From: Macrostomum hystrix
Taxonomy: Eukaryota; Animalia; Platyhelminthes
Direction of reading: 5' to 3'
Assembly (NCBI GenBank): GCA_950097015.1
Contig: CATNEN010000029.1
Span: 7,874,001-7,938,000, forward strand
DNA: 64,000 nucleotides
Shown here piece after piece: positions 36,701-48,845 of this stretch. How positions within the stretch are numbered: the stretch's first letter is position 1; every line of letters begins with the position of its first letter. A program made the position numbers and the translations under genes. Under the pieces are notes generated by a model. It ran no database searches and was not told the DNA's origin. It was given only the letters and a program-made list of their open reading frames with translations.

Positions 36701-39700
36701 TGAGGCCCATGAACACTGGCATATCGTCAGTGACAATCTTCGGAATGTTGAAGTCGCGCAGGGCTCGCATGAGCACCTGATTCTCTGGCCTGGTTGGATC
36801 ACTTCGCTTGAGGGAGCCGGCCACGACAAGTACGGACTTAATGGCGCGCAGGCCCCAGTCGTAGTGGTCCTGCTTTGACAGCAGCTCTTTGCACAGTTCG
36901 TACAGCGTGATAAACTTCTTTGCCAGCAGGCGAGCTTCAAGGAAGCCTTCGGCTACAAGCATGATCTCGCAGATTAGGTCAAAGTCTGGCACAACCATGG
37001 CGCACGGCCGGAAAGAGGGCCTTCAGATTCTCAGGAAGCTCCGTACGGCCAGCATAGCTGCGGAGATTTTATGCATTTAGCAGTAACTAACAGCTTTACT
37101 TTAAAATACCATCAAATTGGTATACTTAATAACGACTGAACTTACCCAGGGTTCATGGTTATGAAAATTCCCACTGAAGTGCTCAAGCTGATCTCTTCGC
37201 CCAGAAATTTGAACTTGCCTCCCTCATCGATAGGACGATGCTCTTGCTGTTGCTGGCTGGCTGGCGGCAACAGCTTTCAGAGCGTCCTGGATGCACTTCA
37301 CCTGGACAGCCACCACGGATAGGACCTCCACGGCGATGCGGTTAAACTCATCGAAACAGCCCCAGGCACCGGACTGAGCAAGTCCTTTGTAGATATTGCC
37401 GATGGAGCGGTAGTCCATCTGCTCCGAGCAGTTGAACACGTACACCATCATGCCGAGTGCTCGGCCAAGATCTTTGGTTGTCTCCGTCTTGCCTGTGCCT
37501 ATAGTTGCAGAGTGTTCATCATATTGTGAGCACAATCATTGAAGCACGCACACAATGCAAGGCAACACTGACAAAGTACCACCAAATCACTTACCGGCTG
37601 GGCCAGCTGGTGCCCCACTCATGTATAGGTGCAGGGACTGCGTCAGCGTGATGTAGCATCTATCAGTTAATGGCGTTATCACCAAACGAGGCGTGTTGCC
37701 AAGGTACTCGTGGTAGTAGCGGAATTCGGCGTCGCAGATGTTAGCAAAACAGTCGCCCTGCTTGCTCATCCCATCTATTAAAGTTATAAAAAAAATTTAA
37801 GTCATTCGTTTTCAAAGACGCTCGCAGTGGTCGTCGTCAGAAATAGGTCAGAAACAATATTTTAAATATCTCACCTGTGTCTTAACTGTGATAGCCAAGT
37901 AAAGGCTTGAGAGTTTTCGACCTTCTGTGTGATCAGTTTTCCCACAATATCTCGATTGTGCACATCGATGGTGCAGATGGTCATGATCTTCTGTCGGTCC
38001 TGCGCACTCAAATCTCCAATGAGCAGGCTAATCAGAGCATTCAAATTGGCAATTTGCTTCTTATTGAACTCTTTCAGCGCATTCTCAAAGCCCTCCTCGA
38101 GCCGCGAGAAGGCCAGGTTGGTCTCCACAGTCCAGCCAATCTGCGAGCCGCTCAGAGCCACCTGAGCCGGGTAGTCGAAGATCCACTGGTCACGTGGCTT
38201 CTCTTCAAAGTTAGCCACGGCGTCGCTGAGGGTACGGCGCATGGTTTCTCGCATCTCCTTGAGCAGGATACTCAGCCAAACTTCTACTTGGCCATCCAGA
38301 GTTGGACGGCTGCTCAGCTTTACGAATTCGCCGTCCTTGCTCCACATCGCGTTAGCAGTCTTGGTTGCTTGGCCGTCACTGTTCTCAACGAATCGAAGCT
38401 TTGCCATGCTGTCAAACAGCTTTGTCAGGTGCTTCATTACCAGAACGGGCTCGTTTCCATGCGACAGGATGTCCAACAGATCGTTGTGTGAAACAAAGTA
38501 AAACCTAGGGAAGGCCAGCCGTTTAGTCTCCATGTAGTCCATGAGAGCTTTCTCGCACACGGACAGGTCCTGCTGAACCTTTTCCAACCGATGGTACTAG
38601 TCCAGCCTGGTTAGTTGACGCGACCACATTAGTGTGCCTAATAACCTCAGCTGCAATGCCCTTAAAGTCTTGGTCGATAGCCTCGAAACGCTGCGTGGAC
38701 TCCGGCAATTGGACTCGAATATCTTCCGAGCCAATGAAGATGGATTCCAGGTTAATCCAGGTTCGCTGCACCTCCAGATAGATGGCAAGAACCTGATCTG
38801 CAGTGGCTAGACGATGCACCCAGTCGCGAATCTGATCCAGAAAGTAAGATACGTGCTTGCTAGTCAGCATATTCTGCAGCTGGGCCTGGTTATCTTCCAG
38901 AGTCTCGATCACCTCATCGCTGGCTTTCACAATTGTGATGCCAGTGCGCTGATGCCGCTCGTGCTCTAATTCCATCACTAGCCAATTGGCTTCGATCTCC
39001 TTTAGAGTCTTCTCCATGGCCATCTCTTTGACTGCTTTGTCAACGATATTTCGCACTTCTTCCTCGTAGTGATGCAGCTCGAGCTGCAGCAGCTGGTGTA
39101 GCGTAGTACTCTCCGACATTGCGAAGCGGACTCCAGTAGCAAGCATGAGGGCAGCCCAGTGCCGATCCCGGATGGCCGGATTCCTCAGCTCGGTGACGGC
39201 TCGCAGGGAGGTGAGCATGTTCTTTACATCCATCTCGCCTCCAGCGTAGGCGTCCCATGAACGAACACCAGCGTCCAGTTGACGCAAAAGTTTTGCAAAG
39301 TTTTTGCACTCCAGGTCCATCATGTCGACATCGACCTGCATCCATGGCGTGTCCTGCCAGGCCTCGATGCTGGATCGGATTGTAAAAAGCAAATCCCACA
39401 GGCTCTTTAGCAGAAGCAGCTCTTTACGACACAGGCGGACTAATTTGAAGTCTGGAATGTTCACTTCGAAAAGTCGCCCGGATTCGACCAGCTCGGCTGC
39501 CTTTGCTTCGGCCTCTGACAAGCGACTGTTCCATCCGTCCATTTCGGTATACGGATCTGAGCAGCTCCTTTGAAAGGCTGAGCAGCATCTGAAAGCTTCC
39601 TGCAGGGCGCGTTGGCTCTGATCAAACTCAGAGGCTTCAGCACTGATGCGAGACACCTGCTGGTTCTGCAGCGGCAACAGACCTGTTCGCATCTGCGCCG

Positions 39701-42700
39701 CTGTCTTCTTGCAGTTACTCCAGCTCTCCGGCAAAGCTTCAAGCTGTTCGTGAACCTCTGGCGGCATCTCCTGGCCGTACTCTTTCAAAAGTTCGATGGT
39801 TTGCTGCAGCGGTTCAAACATCGCGTCCGTCTGAGCCTGGCGCTCCTTCTGAGCAGCCAGACGTGCCATAACAGCCACGAGATGATGATAGTCGCCAGGC
39901 TGGGGCTCATTGGTTAACACTTCTTTGGTCTCCTGAATGAAGCTGTCTAGCTCGCTTAGACTGTTAATCACGTGATTGATAAGGTGCTCTTTGAACAGGA
40001 GACTCCACTTCCGCACTGTGTTAAGCAGCGCCTGCTTGAAGGGCCTGGCGTCCACCCGGAGCCAGCCATTAAACACGACGTGCGGCTGCGTCTCGGCTAT
40101 CTCATTGTAGACTTCCTCAAAGTGGTCGATCTGCTCTCGGAACTGGGGAAGCGTCGGTGGCGACTCATCGACATCCTTGTTCGAGCTCCTCGTGGGTCAG
40201 CGTGTGACCGTAGAGCAGAAACTGGCGCAGGAATTCCTGGCGGTCGTCGGTCCACAGGCTGGCGTGCTTGCGGAACGATTCACGGTACTCCAATGCCTTG
40301 GACGTTGCTGGGGCGACGTGTTGTTCGACCAATGTTGAGCGGAGGTCATTTAACAGCTGATGACCTTCCAGGTCGGCCTGGTAGTTCTGATAGTCCGGGC
40401 TCTGTTCAACGAAATGACCAGCCACGCGCGGTATAAAACGGCCCTGTCGGAAGATGTCGCCCAGGAGTGTGTCGATGAGATCGTAGAAGGAGTCGGCGCT
40501 ACTACGACTGAGCGACTTCCGGAACTCAATTTGGGCGTGCTCAGTGTCCAGCTCCATCTTGATCTCGAACAGCGGCTGTTGATCCGAGCGCACTTCCGTG
40601 TGCTTGAGCAGGTAACTGAGGCTTGCAGTCACAACCTCGGTAAGCCCGTCCAGTACCATCTGGTCCAGAGTCTCCAGGTAGATTCGCCAGGTATTTGAAT
40701 CTGTTTGAAACTCGAACAGCTGCTGATTTTCCTGGATGAAGTTTTCCAAATTTCTTGTGAATTTATTGCACAAATTATTCTTGTGATGCTGATGCTGGCG
40801 AGCAAAGAAGTTTTGCTTTAGGAAAAACAAAGACTAAAACTAGGTCTATACTCACCTGAACCAGCCTGTGCACCTCTCGACCGACCTCCTCCACCTGTTT
40901 GTAGCGGAGCAGAATAACCTCCTCTCTGTCGTCGCATTTCAGGAGTGTCTCGTACTTCTCAGGCGTCCTCTCGTACACAGGTCGAGTAGCTAGGCCTCGC
41001 ACAACAGCTTGCAGCCGGTCCGTATTGGCGTGAGCCTGTACGACAATCTTGTGGGCGGCATGTACCGAGTCACGCAGCTTTTCAATGTAGGCCAGAGCGT
41101 CCGGACTCTCCCAAGTGACAGTGCTCAGGCCCTGCTCCGCCAGATTCTCGATGGACTGCATCCGGTCGCCCATTAGCTCACGCTCGTAGTGCAGCACAGA
41201 GTCGAGCAGGTAGTTGTACCAGCGCACCGTGTTGTACAGGTTGGCGTAGTAGATTCGCAGGGTCTCACGCTGAGCGAAGAGAGCCTCAGCGCCAGTTGGG
41301 ATTTCCACAGCGCCGGCCGCCGAGCTCAGGGTCAGGTTTGAGTCACTTTCAGTTGCCGGGGATGAGCTATTGCCATTCAACAGGCGAATGTACTTTACTT
41401 CGCTGAGTGCTGCCACCAGCTACGGGTGGGCAGGTGAGGTCACCAAGGTAAGTCAGCAGAATATTATATCGAGTAAGCTCTTATTGAACAAAAGTTCAAA
41501 GATTTTCCAAATTACCTTAGGATCAAAATTAACTTCAAGGTAGTTGGAATCGGCCAGCCGTAGCAGTAGGCGCTGGCCCAGGTTCACCTGGCATTCGCTG
41601 TCGATTCGCGCCTTCCATTCATCCACTACGGACTCGTCGAATCTGGTGGGTTATAAATTTTTCTGTGTCAGAAAACCTCTATAAAGTGCCCGAAAACAGT
41701 TTACACTATCATACGACTATAATATAAAACAATTTACGTGTCCAGAAAGGCCATAAGTTCATCCTTCTTCTTGAGCACTAGGATGCCCTGCTCAGTCTCC
41801 AGGCATCTGCGGATTGTTCGCGAGTTAAAAAGGAGAAATGAAAAGTAATTAATTTTTTACGGCTCGTAATTAAGAAAAATCTTATTAAGGTTTCAAACGT
41901 CAAATAAAAATAAGAAAAGAAACGTTTAGACGTGTTCTGTGCTTCCATGTGCAAACAGTAATTTGTGAATTCGACAACATTGAACCCATTCGCTTGTTCT
42001 AATTTGAAATTTTATTTGAATACTTGAAAACTAAATCTGGACCTTGTGCTGTGCCGAATTGAAACTTTGTGAGTTAAATAAACTGCAGTGATGCAAGGAG
42101 AAGCCAAGGTATGAAAGCAACATTTTTTTAAAACACATTGCCATTTAGGTGAAAGGTGACCTAAGTGCCGCTTAATGACCTGTCGGTCAGATTCCGAAGC
42201 TCTAAACACAGACTACAAGCTCCTTATATCACGCAGGGACAGACCCACAAAGGGCCTTCAGTAACGAATAGCTTTTGCGGATATCTAAGCATACTATAAA
42301 TATCGGGTACAGGTTGGTATCTAAATACGGAGTCTGGACTGGCCAGGTGTAAAGCAATTCCTTCAGAAATTGAACGGCCTGTACGAGCAATGCTCCATGC
42401 AAGGTTGCTATGGTGTGAACTTATAGTAAAACTCGAGCCAAAATGCACACAAGGTCGAACGCTTTAGGTCAGTCGGGTTTGACACTGATAAGAAAACTGA
42501 GACGTTTTTATGCGGCGAAAATTGCCAGTGCAAAAAAGTAAAAATGCATACGAAAGAGCAGAAACATTGGTGACTCTCTATCTCTGTTTGCTTTACCCCA
42601 ACGTCTCGAGCGAGTTGACGAACGGGCAGAGAAGCTGAAAAAGCGTTCGAGAGCAAAAATTGCGTGGAAGAGAGAGAAGTAAAAAAACTTAAGCAGATAG

Positions 42701-45700
42701 AAAGAAAAAATTCTGAGCAGCTCTGTCAGTCAGGTTAATCAGCAGCTGAGAAGCGGCCCTAGCTGCAGCAGCTATGATTTAACAGCCAGCTTGGAGTGAC
42801 TTTGAATGGCCGTGTTGTGCGCTTAGGTAGCGACTTGACTTTCTAAGCAAGTCTAGGCGCAGTTTACGAGTAGAAGATGGTCTGTTTGTGGGTGAGCACG
42901 TGTTGTCGAAAGCGAATACTGCATGCTTTTACACAAGTGTGCCGAGTTAAAGAAATCAAAGAACGGTGCAAGTTGACGGCGCCCCAGTAGATCAAACAGT
43001 GTATGAAGTAGCATGACCTAAAAAAGGCTTCGTCAATTTCCTCAAAAACATTGTCCTGACATGTTATCAAATAAGATAACAGGTCTTACTAATAACTAAT
43101 GAAACGAATTTACAATAGCGATTTACGAGTTCAAGCCGTTAATATAAGATTTATACGAGTAGCTTATTCATTTCGTATCGCCATGACAACACGAAAAAAA
43201 CCTATAACCTGTTGAACATCATTTTTTTCTGTGGCTCACCGCTTGTTAAGAAACCGCAGCTCCTCGATGGGTCGTTTTATTCGTCGTCGCAGCTCAGCGG
43301 ACCACTTGAGTGCACCTGCCACCTGGGGCAGGTTCCGGTGCACACTGTACCGACCATGAGCTGACCTATGGGCCAGCTGTCGATCGTAAATGGTTTTGCA
43401 GACCTCCAGCTCGTTGTCAATCTTGGTCAGGATGTCGGCGTACGAGTCTGCTAAGGCCTCCTTGATGAAAGGCTGTGTCTTCAGTGTGGAGTACACGGCT
43501 GCAAGCTGGAAGAGGCGAAGTACCAGTATTTGGATCCGATGTTTTTGAGCAAACCTACAAGTAGACTGATATTTCAATTAGTCGATAAGCGATCGATTTG
43601 GATCTCTTCCTCACCTTGAAGATGGACTCCAGCCCAGAGCAGTCGTGGAAAGCAAGTGAATAGATTGTTGCCAGGCGTCGATACAGTTCCCTCACGTTGC
43701 CCATCAGGAACTCGTAGTCGGCTAGGAAGCCCTGCAAGTGGGAAGTTTTTCGCAAAGAATTAAGCCTAATGAATCATAACGGTGCATCACAGAGGGTCTG
43801 CTTACCCCCTAACTGTGGGGGTTCAATAGGCTAGTTCAGTGTACTAAAAGTATACTTTTTGTTGGGAATCTGGTTCAACGCACCTATTTTGACAGTTTGC
43901 GAGCAAAAAATATCTAACTTTTATTCAAAAGATACTTTTTCCAATTTTCCAATTATTTTTTTGATTTACTTCATCGGCAGGGTCCATGCAGTTGTACTTC
44001 GGATCGCTGAGGCGTTGGTAGCTTTGCTGGAAGTCATTGGCTACGGTGCGCAGTCGGTCGCTAAGCAAGTTGCCCTTCCAGCCGCCGAACTCGACCTTCT
44101 CTAGCTTGGCAAACTCCAGCCAGGTGGCCAGCACCAGGCGGATCTGCTCCAAGCGCGCTCGGAACGCGTCGAATCTGGAGAACGCCATCGAGTGGCTGAA
44201 GCGCCACATCAGAACTGGCTGACTGCCGGACTTCTCAAAGTACTGAGGCAATTGCTCGCGGTGCAGCAGGTACAGCTGCCAGAAGGTCTCCAGGATGCGC
44301 AGGCAGCTGTTCACTTTCGGTAGGACCTCTTCGGCCTCGCCCTTAAACACTTCGTCGGATGGCAGGTATTGCTGCGCCTGTCGGAGACGAAAATGTCTTT
44401 TGTCTTGTATATGAGCGTATTTACATTTCCTGACCATTCAAGACAAAAAATTATAAGACCAAGCGATAGTAGCACATCAGGGGACAATCTATACATACCT
44501 GCTGTATGACAAGGTTGCACAGCTCCCTGATGAGCAGAATGATCCTAGCCGGTAGCCGATAGTACTGGCTGTGCGCCCAGATCAGGCAGATCAGGTGCCA
44601 GATTGGGGCCAGAAGCTTTTCAGACTCGTCGAAGTCGACATTTTCAAATTCTTCCACGTTCTGACCAAGAGGCTGCAGGTGAATGGAAATGTCTTGCGCC
44701 TCTCGGAACGCTGGAGAAAAAATTGGAGTTTACAGGCAATTGTACGCTCATATTTAAGTGCTTTTAAGAACATTTTTTGCATAAAATTGGTAAAAAATCC
44801 TTTGCTACCAAATCGTATAAAATTTAATCTTATGACGTCGTCTACAATCCAAACAGTTCTTTTCAGCAACTGCTCTCGACCATACCTTTAACGACGTCCA
44901 CGAAGACTTTCTTGAAGGCGCGCGAATAGGCACTGTTGGCACTCTCGAGCAGCTGGCCCATCCTCCGGGCCTTCTCCTGCATCATCTGATCGTAGACATA
45001 CTCCACGCTGCTGAACATCTGGCGCCAGAAGGCCACCTCTGTGCGCGGCGTCGAGTGCTCGCCACGAAGCAGTGGCTGTGCTGAGTCCTGGCTCAGGAGC
45101 GTCTCGACCTGGTGAGACCACTCGATTACCACTGTCTCAACGGCGTACACCAGCTGCCTGCCGTAGTTCGTCTCGGCAATGCTGAGGAACCAGAGGATAA
45201 CGACTGGTGATTAAATTATATTTTTATTTACCAACTGTCGAATAAAGAGGCCTTAATAGGTAGGGGCTAAGCAAACTGGCTAACAGGACATAACCTTGTG
45301 TCCATGTACGAATCCTTGGTAACTTGTGTTAGCGGAAACTTAGGATACACAGGAATTCTAAGCCCACCCAATCGGCCTCCTTACTCCTTCCAGTCCATTG
45401 TCCAGAAATCCGGCTTGACCTGCTCGCCGAGTCCTGGCGGCCGCTGGGGGAAAGGTAGCAGAGTCCGGCCGTGCGTCTTTGCTTCCAAGATGCTGGCATC
45501 GCGGCTGATGCGGCCCAGCTGCTGGCTGATGTCCTCCCGGATGAGCTGGGACCAATCCAGCCGGTTGCGATCGTTCTCTAGCACCGGCACCGAAATCTGG
45601 CGATATAAGACGATGAGAAGAAGATGAACTGTGTTACACAGAGTTCTCAAACAAAAAACCGGTAAGATTGCTGAAAACGTGAATCTGAACCGGGCAAGTC

Positions 45701-46846
45701 AGTTGCCCTAGCCTATATTTTATTCAAAATAGAAAGTAAATTTTTGTGTTTATTCTTTTAAGTAGTGTTTTATCATTAGTATAAGCATGAATATCAACAG
45801 GCGTGCAATATACACAGTTTGTAGACTAAAAAAGTTAGTAAAACATAATTAAACTGACACGCATTTTCATAAACCAAATTTCAGTACTTTAAAAGGTTCT
45901 TCGTGACAGAAATTTCATTCTATTTTGAAAAAAGTAGTAATAGTTGTAAGTAAATATATATATTTAAATGTACTCGATTCATAATTTAAGTTCATAGTGA
46001 AAAGAATTATTGAAACTATTGAAACTAAACTAAACTAAACTATTGAAATTATCTTTATAATTTTGGTCTAAATATTTACTGGTATGCAAATTTTCCTCAT
46101 TTAAAAAAATAGGATCAGTATTATCAATGTCTTGCCAATCACTGTCATGTAGGTTAATATCATAGAACTGTAAATAATATTTTTGTTAATCAGTTCTTTA
46201 TTTTAGATACAAATAACAAATATACAGAAAAAAATAAATGCAACTTCAGAAACGTCTAACTAAATGAATATTTAAAAAATCGTAGACAAAAAAACAGTAA
46301 CATAAACAATTGTCTGCTTTGATTTTTTTAATTAATCAACAGCTTATATAATAACTTTGTAACTGATTGCTTAATTCTAATGCCTCAATACAAAAAAACA
46401 TAATAGAAAATGTTTTTTTTGGACGCGTATTTCTCATACACACATTTACATACCTCCTTCAGTGTGGCTAAGCAAAAGCTAAGAACATTTTGTGGAAGCT
46501 CCGCGAAGTAAATCTGTCTTTGAATGTCTTTGTTTGCTGCATCAGGTAACAAAGGATTGCTTGGATTGCAGTTTCGGAAGTAAGCTATCTTTGCAAGTCC
46601 TCTCGTATTGCCAATAATATTTGTTGATAAACTGAGCAGTCCACCTGTGGACAGGGCAAAAAATAAATTCGGTACAGTTGTCCCGACTGCAAAAAACTCC
46701 AGAACTATCTTTGAAGTCTTCTCATCGGAGGCAATAAACTTTTCCCACTTATCTGGCTTTATTCGAAAAGACTTTTGCACAATTTGGGCTATAAAAGCCA
46801 ATCTCCTGTCAAAAACTTTTACTTCTTCGTTATCTTCTTCCGCCAT
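27777..46846 (-). CDS. DNAH9-like: Axonemal outer-arm dynein beta heavy chain (DNAH9/11/17 clade), 19 exons, about 4,540 aa, with 7 frameshifts in this assembly
   Basis: Exons: 46454-46846, 45385-45596, 44886-45181, 44499-44710, 43970-44377, 43615-43731, 43240-43505, 41738-41806, 41516-41642, 40856-41419, 37875-40731, 37595-37774, 37146-37498, 36111-37057, 34866-35168, 33556-34581, 29385-33322, 28963-29274, 27777-28823. P-loops: AAA1 GPAG|TGKT, AAA2 [11 protein letters not shown]3 [11 protein letters not shown]4 GVGGSGKQ. Also [30 protein letters not shown], the stalk coiled coil, and the beta-type C-terminus [13 protein letters not shown]. Frameshifts near 40175, 38597, 37764, 37255, 37013, 30265 and 29550. 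Confidence 0.96.
35212..35510 (+). mobile_element. tRNA-derived SINE, family C, with CORE-like central domain (dynein intron 14)
   Basis: A box TAGCCTAGTGG (35219-35229), B box GGTTCGATTCC (35263-35273), central gtcctttagcaagacacttaac...cacccagctgttaaatgggtacc, and a (TTA)n tail. Confidence 0.88.
35545..36063. mobile_element. MITE family D copy (dynein intron 14)
   Basis: Starts CAGTAGTAAGACC; inverted ggggtatttcaaatacc / gggtatttgaaatatcccc motifs; internal match to 56833-57277. End fragments are at about 7335-7489 and 17790-17915. Confidence 0.7.
43177..43190. promoter_or_regulatory. Candidate RFX X-box (ATCGCC-AT-GACAAC) in dynein intron 7
   Basis: Matches the RYYNYY-WW-RRNRAC consensus at every position; 50 bp from the exon 7 donor. 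Confidence 0.45.
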
Positions 46847-46969
46847 TTAAATAAATGAAGTTATACCTTCATGATTTATGTTATTGACTTTAAATCACAA
46901 ACACTAAACGTCTACCAAAAAACATTCCGAACCACACAATTTTGAAAACTCGCGCAATGTAGTATTCAC

Positions 46970-46984
46970 ATCTCTTATGGCAAC
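46970..46984. promoter_or_regulatory. Candidate RFX X-box (ATCTCT-TAT-GGCAAC) 124 bp upstream of the dynein ATG
   Basis: Perfect GGCAAC half-site with a 3-nt spacer; a forkhead motif TGTTTAC lies at 47038-47044. Confidence 0.5.
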
Positions 46985-47704
46985 GGTTTCCACGCTTTTA
47001 CGAAAAATCAACACCGGAATTCAATGTATCATTATGCTGTTTACTGTACGTGAAACTTGAAATAAAACAGTAAGTGACTAAGCCGCAAGTAAATATTGCT
47101 TATCAATAGAAAAACAGTCTTCTCTGTATATTTTTGGCCTTCCTCAGAGCATTACCTTTTATCCTCGCCGCCAAAAGCTATTAATGATTTAACAAAGATT
47201 TCCGAACTAAATTTCTCCTATTTCTCACCTCGTTTCTCATGCTTTGTTATATTATGATAGATGAAGTCGGTCATCCTATCGGCTAACTGGCTAGAACTCA
47301 CTATTATTTTTCTGCTATTGTGCACTGAAGCAATGATCATATCTGGTAAGCACATTATCAGCCTACAATAAAGCGACAAGCCGCAAACTCTTGTGCGTTT
47401 ATACCAGGGCGAGGTCCAATAAAAAAGGAATATCGAGATCTCCAAGAGACATAATTCCTGATTTCATATATTTCTATAGATTATGTTCATAGATAATCAT
47501 ATAAAACCAACAGTCTTGGCAATCGTTGAAAAGTCCCTGTCTAATTTAAGTAAAGCGTTAAACAAATATAATTTTAGCTCCCTTAACTCGAAATAAACTC
47601 GTTCAACCATCTGCAGTGTAATAAAAGAAAAAATACAAATAGTTGCTTTACATCTGCCCTGTTTGACCAGATGCAGATCCAGCCAAAGAGAACAGCCGCA
47701 TATG

Positions 47705-47945
47705 CAGCTATAAATTGCTGCATAATGAATGCTGCGTATAGCTGTGCAGTCCATGGACGACTGGAGGAATGCCACACTCAACCCTAATTACCCCAGCTGA
47801 TGCTGGTACCCATTTAACAGCTGGTTAATTAATTGAAGCAACAAAGAGTTAAGTGTCTTGCTAAAAGACACAAATTGTTGCAGTGGAGTGGGGATCGAAC
47901 CTCCGATCTTCAAGTCGTAGATCCGTAACTCTAACCAGGCTAGAA
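47705..47945 (-). mobile_element. SINE family C copy upstream of the dynein gene
   Basis: ccccagctgatgctggtacccatttaacagctgg...gagttaagtgtcttgctaaaagacacaaattg...ggatcgaacctcc. More diverged or partial copies are at about 13345-13470, 18150-18260 and 23325-23490. Confidence 0.85.
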
Positions 47946-48040
47946 CCCCAAGTTACAGTGTAGGATGTAGGACTGTTTTGCATGTACATTTAGACGCACA
48001 TTTATCTAATTTTAGGGTCGATTCTTTTTTCCTTTGTGTT

Positions 48041-48456
48041 AATAATAATTGACACTAGACTCAAGGGCCAGTGCAGGTGTTGTGTGTCAGGCACACTAGC
48101 AGGTGGGGACTGCACACCTAATGTACTCCCCGGCTCTCTCGGACACCGGTTGACAGCCGCGTGTCAGCAATTGAATTTATTTTTTCCAAACATATTGGCA
48201 GCATCCAAACCCCACAGAATTGCCGCACAGAACTGCTTTATTCCACTCCAGTCGGAATTATTATTACCCGACGAAATGTCGGTACTCATTTGCAGCTGAG
48301 TAGACTGTGTGCACATCAGGGCAAAGCAGCTTGCCAAATGCTGCACGAATAGTTCTAGACTAGGTCGGGAGTCGAACCCAGGACCATCTGATCCAGAGTC
48401 CGACACCTTACTGACTGAGCTATACGCCCTACACTGAGCTATCCGCCCTACCCCTA
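48041..48456 (-). mobile_element. SINE family B, full length with 11-bp target-site duplication and a short duplicated head
   Basis: Reverse complement of the 18315-18716 element; TSD TCCTTTGTGTT at 48030-48040 and 48457-48467. Confidence 0.92.
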
Positions 48457-48636
48457 TCCTTTGTGTTGCGCGACGTCACGCGCGTAATAATTCCTCATGT
48501 GGCAATTTTATGAGCAAATTTAGCTGGATATAGGCAGCGTCAGTCGAAACAATGAAATTAAAACGAAATTATTAACAGTTGGCTTTTCAGGAAAAACTCT
48601 TTAACCCGTCGTTAAAGCGTTAAAGCGCGATGGTTA

Positions 48637-48700
48637 GAGCCGTCGCGAGGCGCCGGGTAGTCTTGCTCGGAGTTGTAGGTGCAAAAACTGGCACACCCGT
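48637..48700 (-). other. Displaced 64-bp copy of coding sequence 50026-50090
   Basis: 62 of 65 positions identical (2 substitutions, 1 deletion); same orientation; 145 bp beyond the gene's stop. Confidence 0.9.
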
Positions 48701-48845
48701 TAGAAACGCAATAAGAAAAAAATTGAGAAATGTAATTATTATTATTGTCGCGCAATTTATTATGAGCGTGGTATTTTTGTTACTTAAAATAATTCCCGTC
48801 AACCGAAAAAATCAGTTAATAGTTTCAGATTGGTAATGCAGTGAA

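Noticed and set aside
27721-40698. Antisense and alternative-frame ORFs over dynein (e.g. 27762-28469, 33721-34293, 37907-38491, 39972-40436)
   Set aside because: These are shadow ORFs caused by GC-rich codon usage on the coding strand, with no recognisable motifs.
29385-40731. Programmed +1 ribosomal frameshifting in dynein
   Set aside because: The seven sites share no slippery or stop-adjacent motif, and several sit in homopolymers or short repeats. Sequencing error is far simpler.
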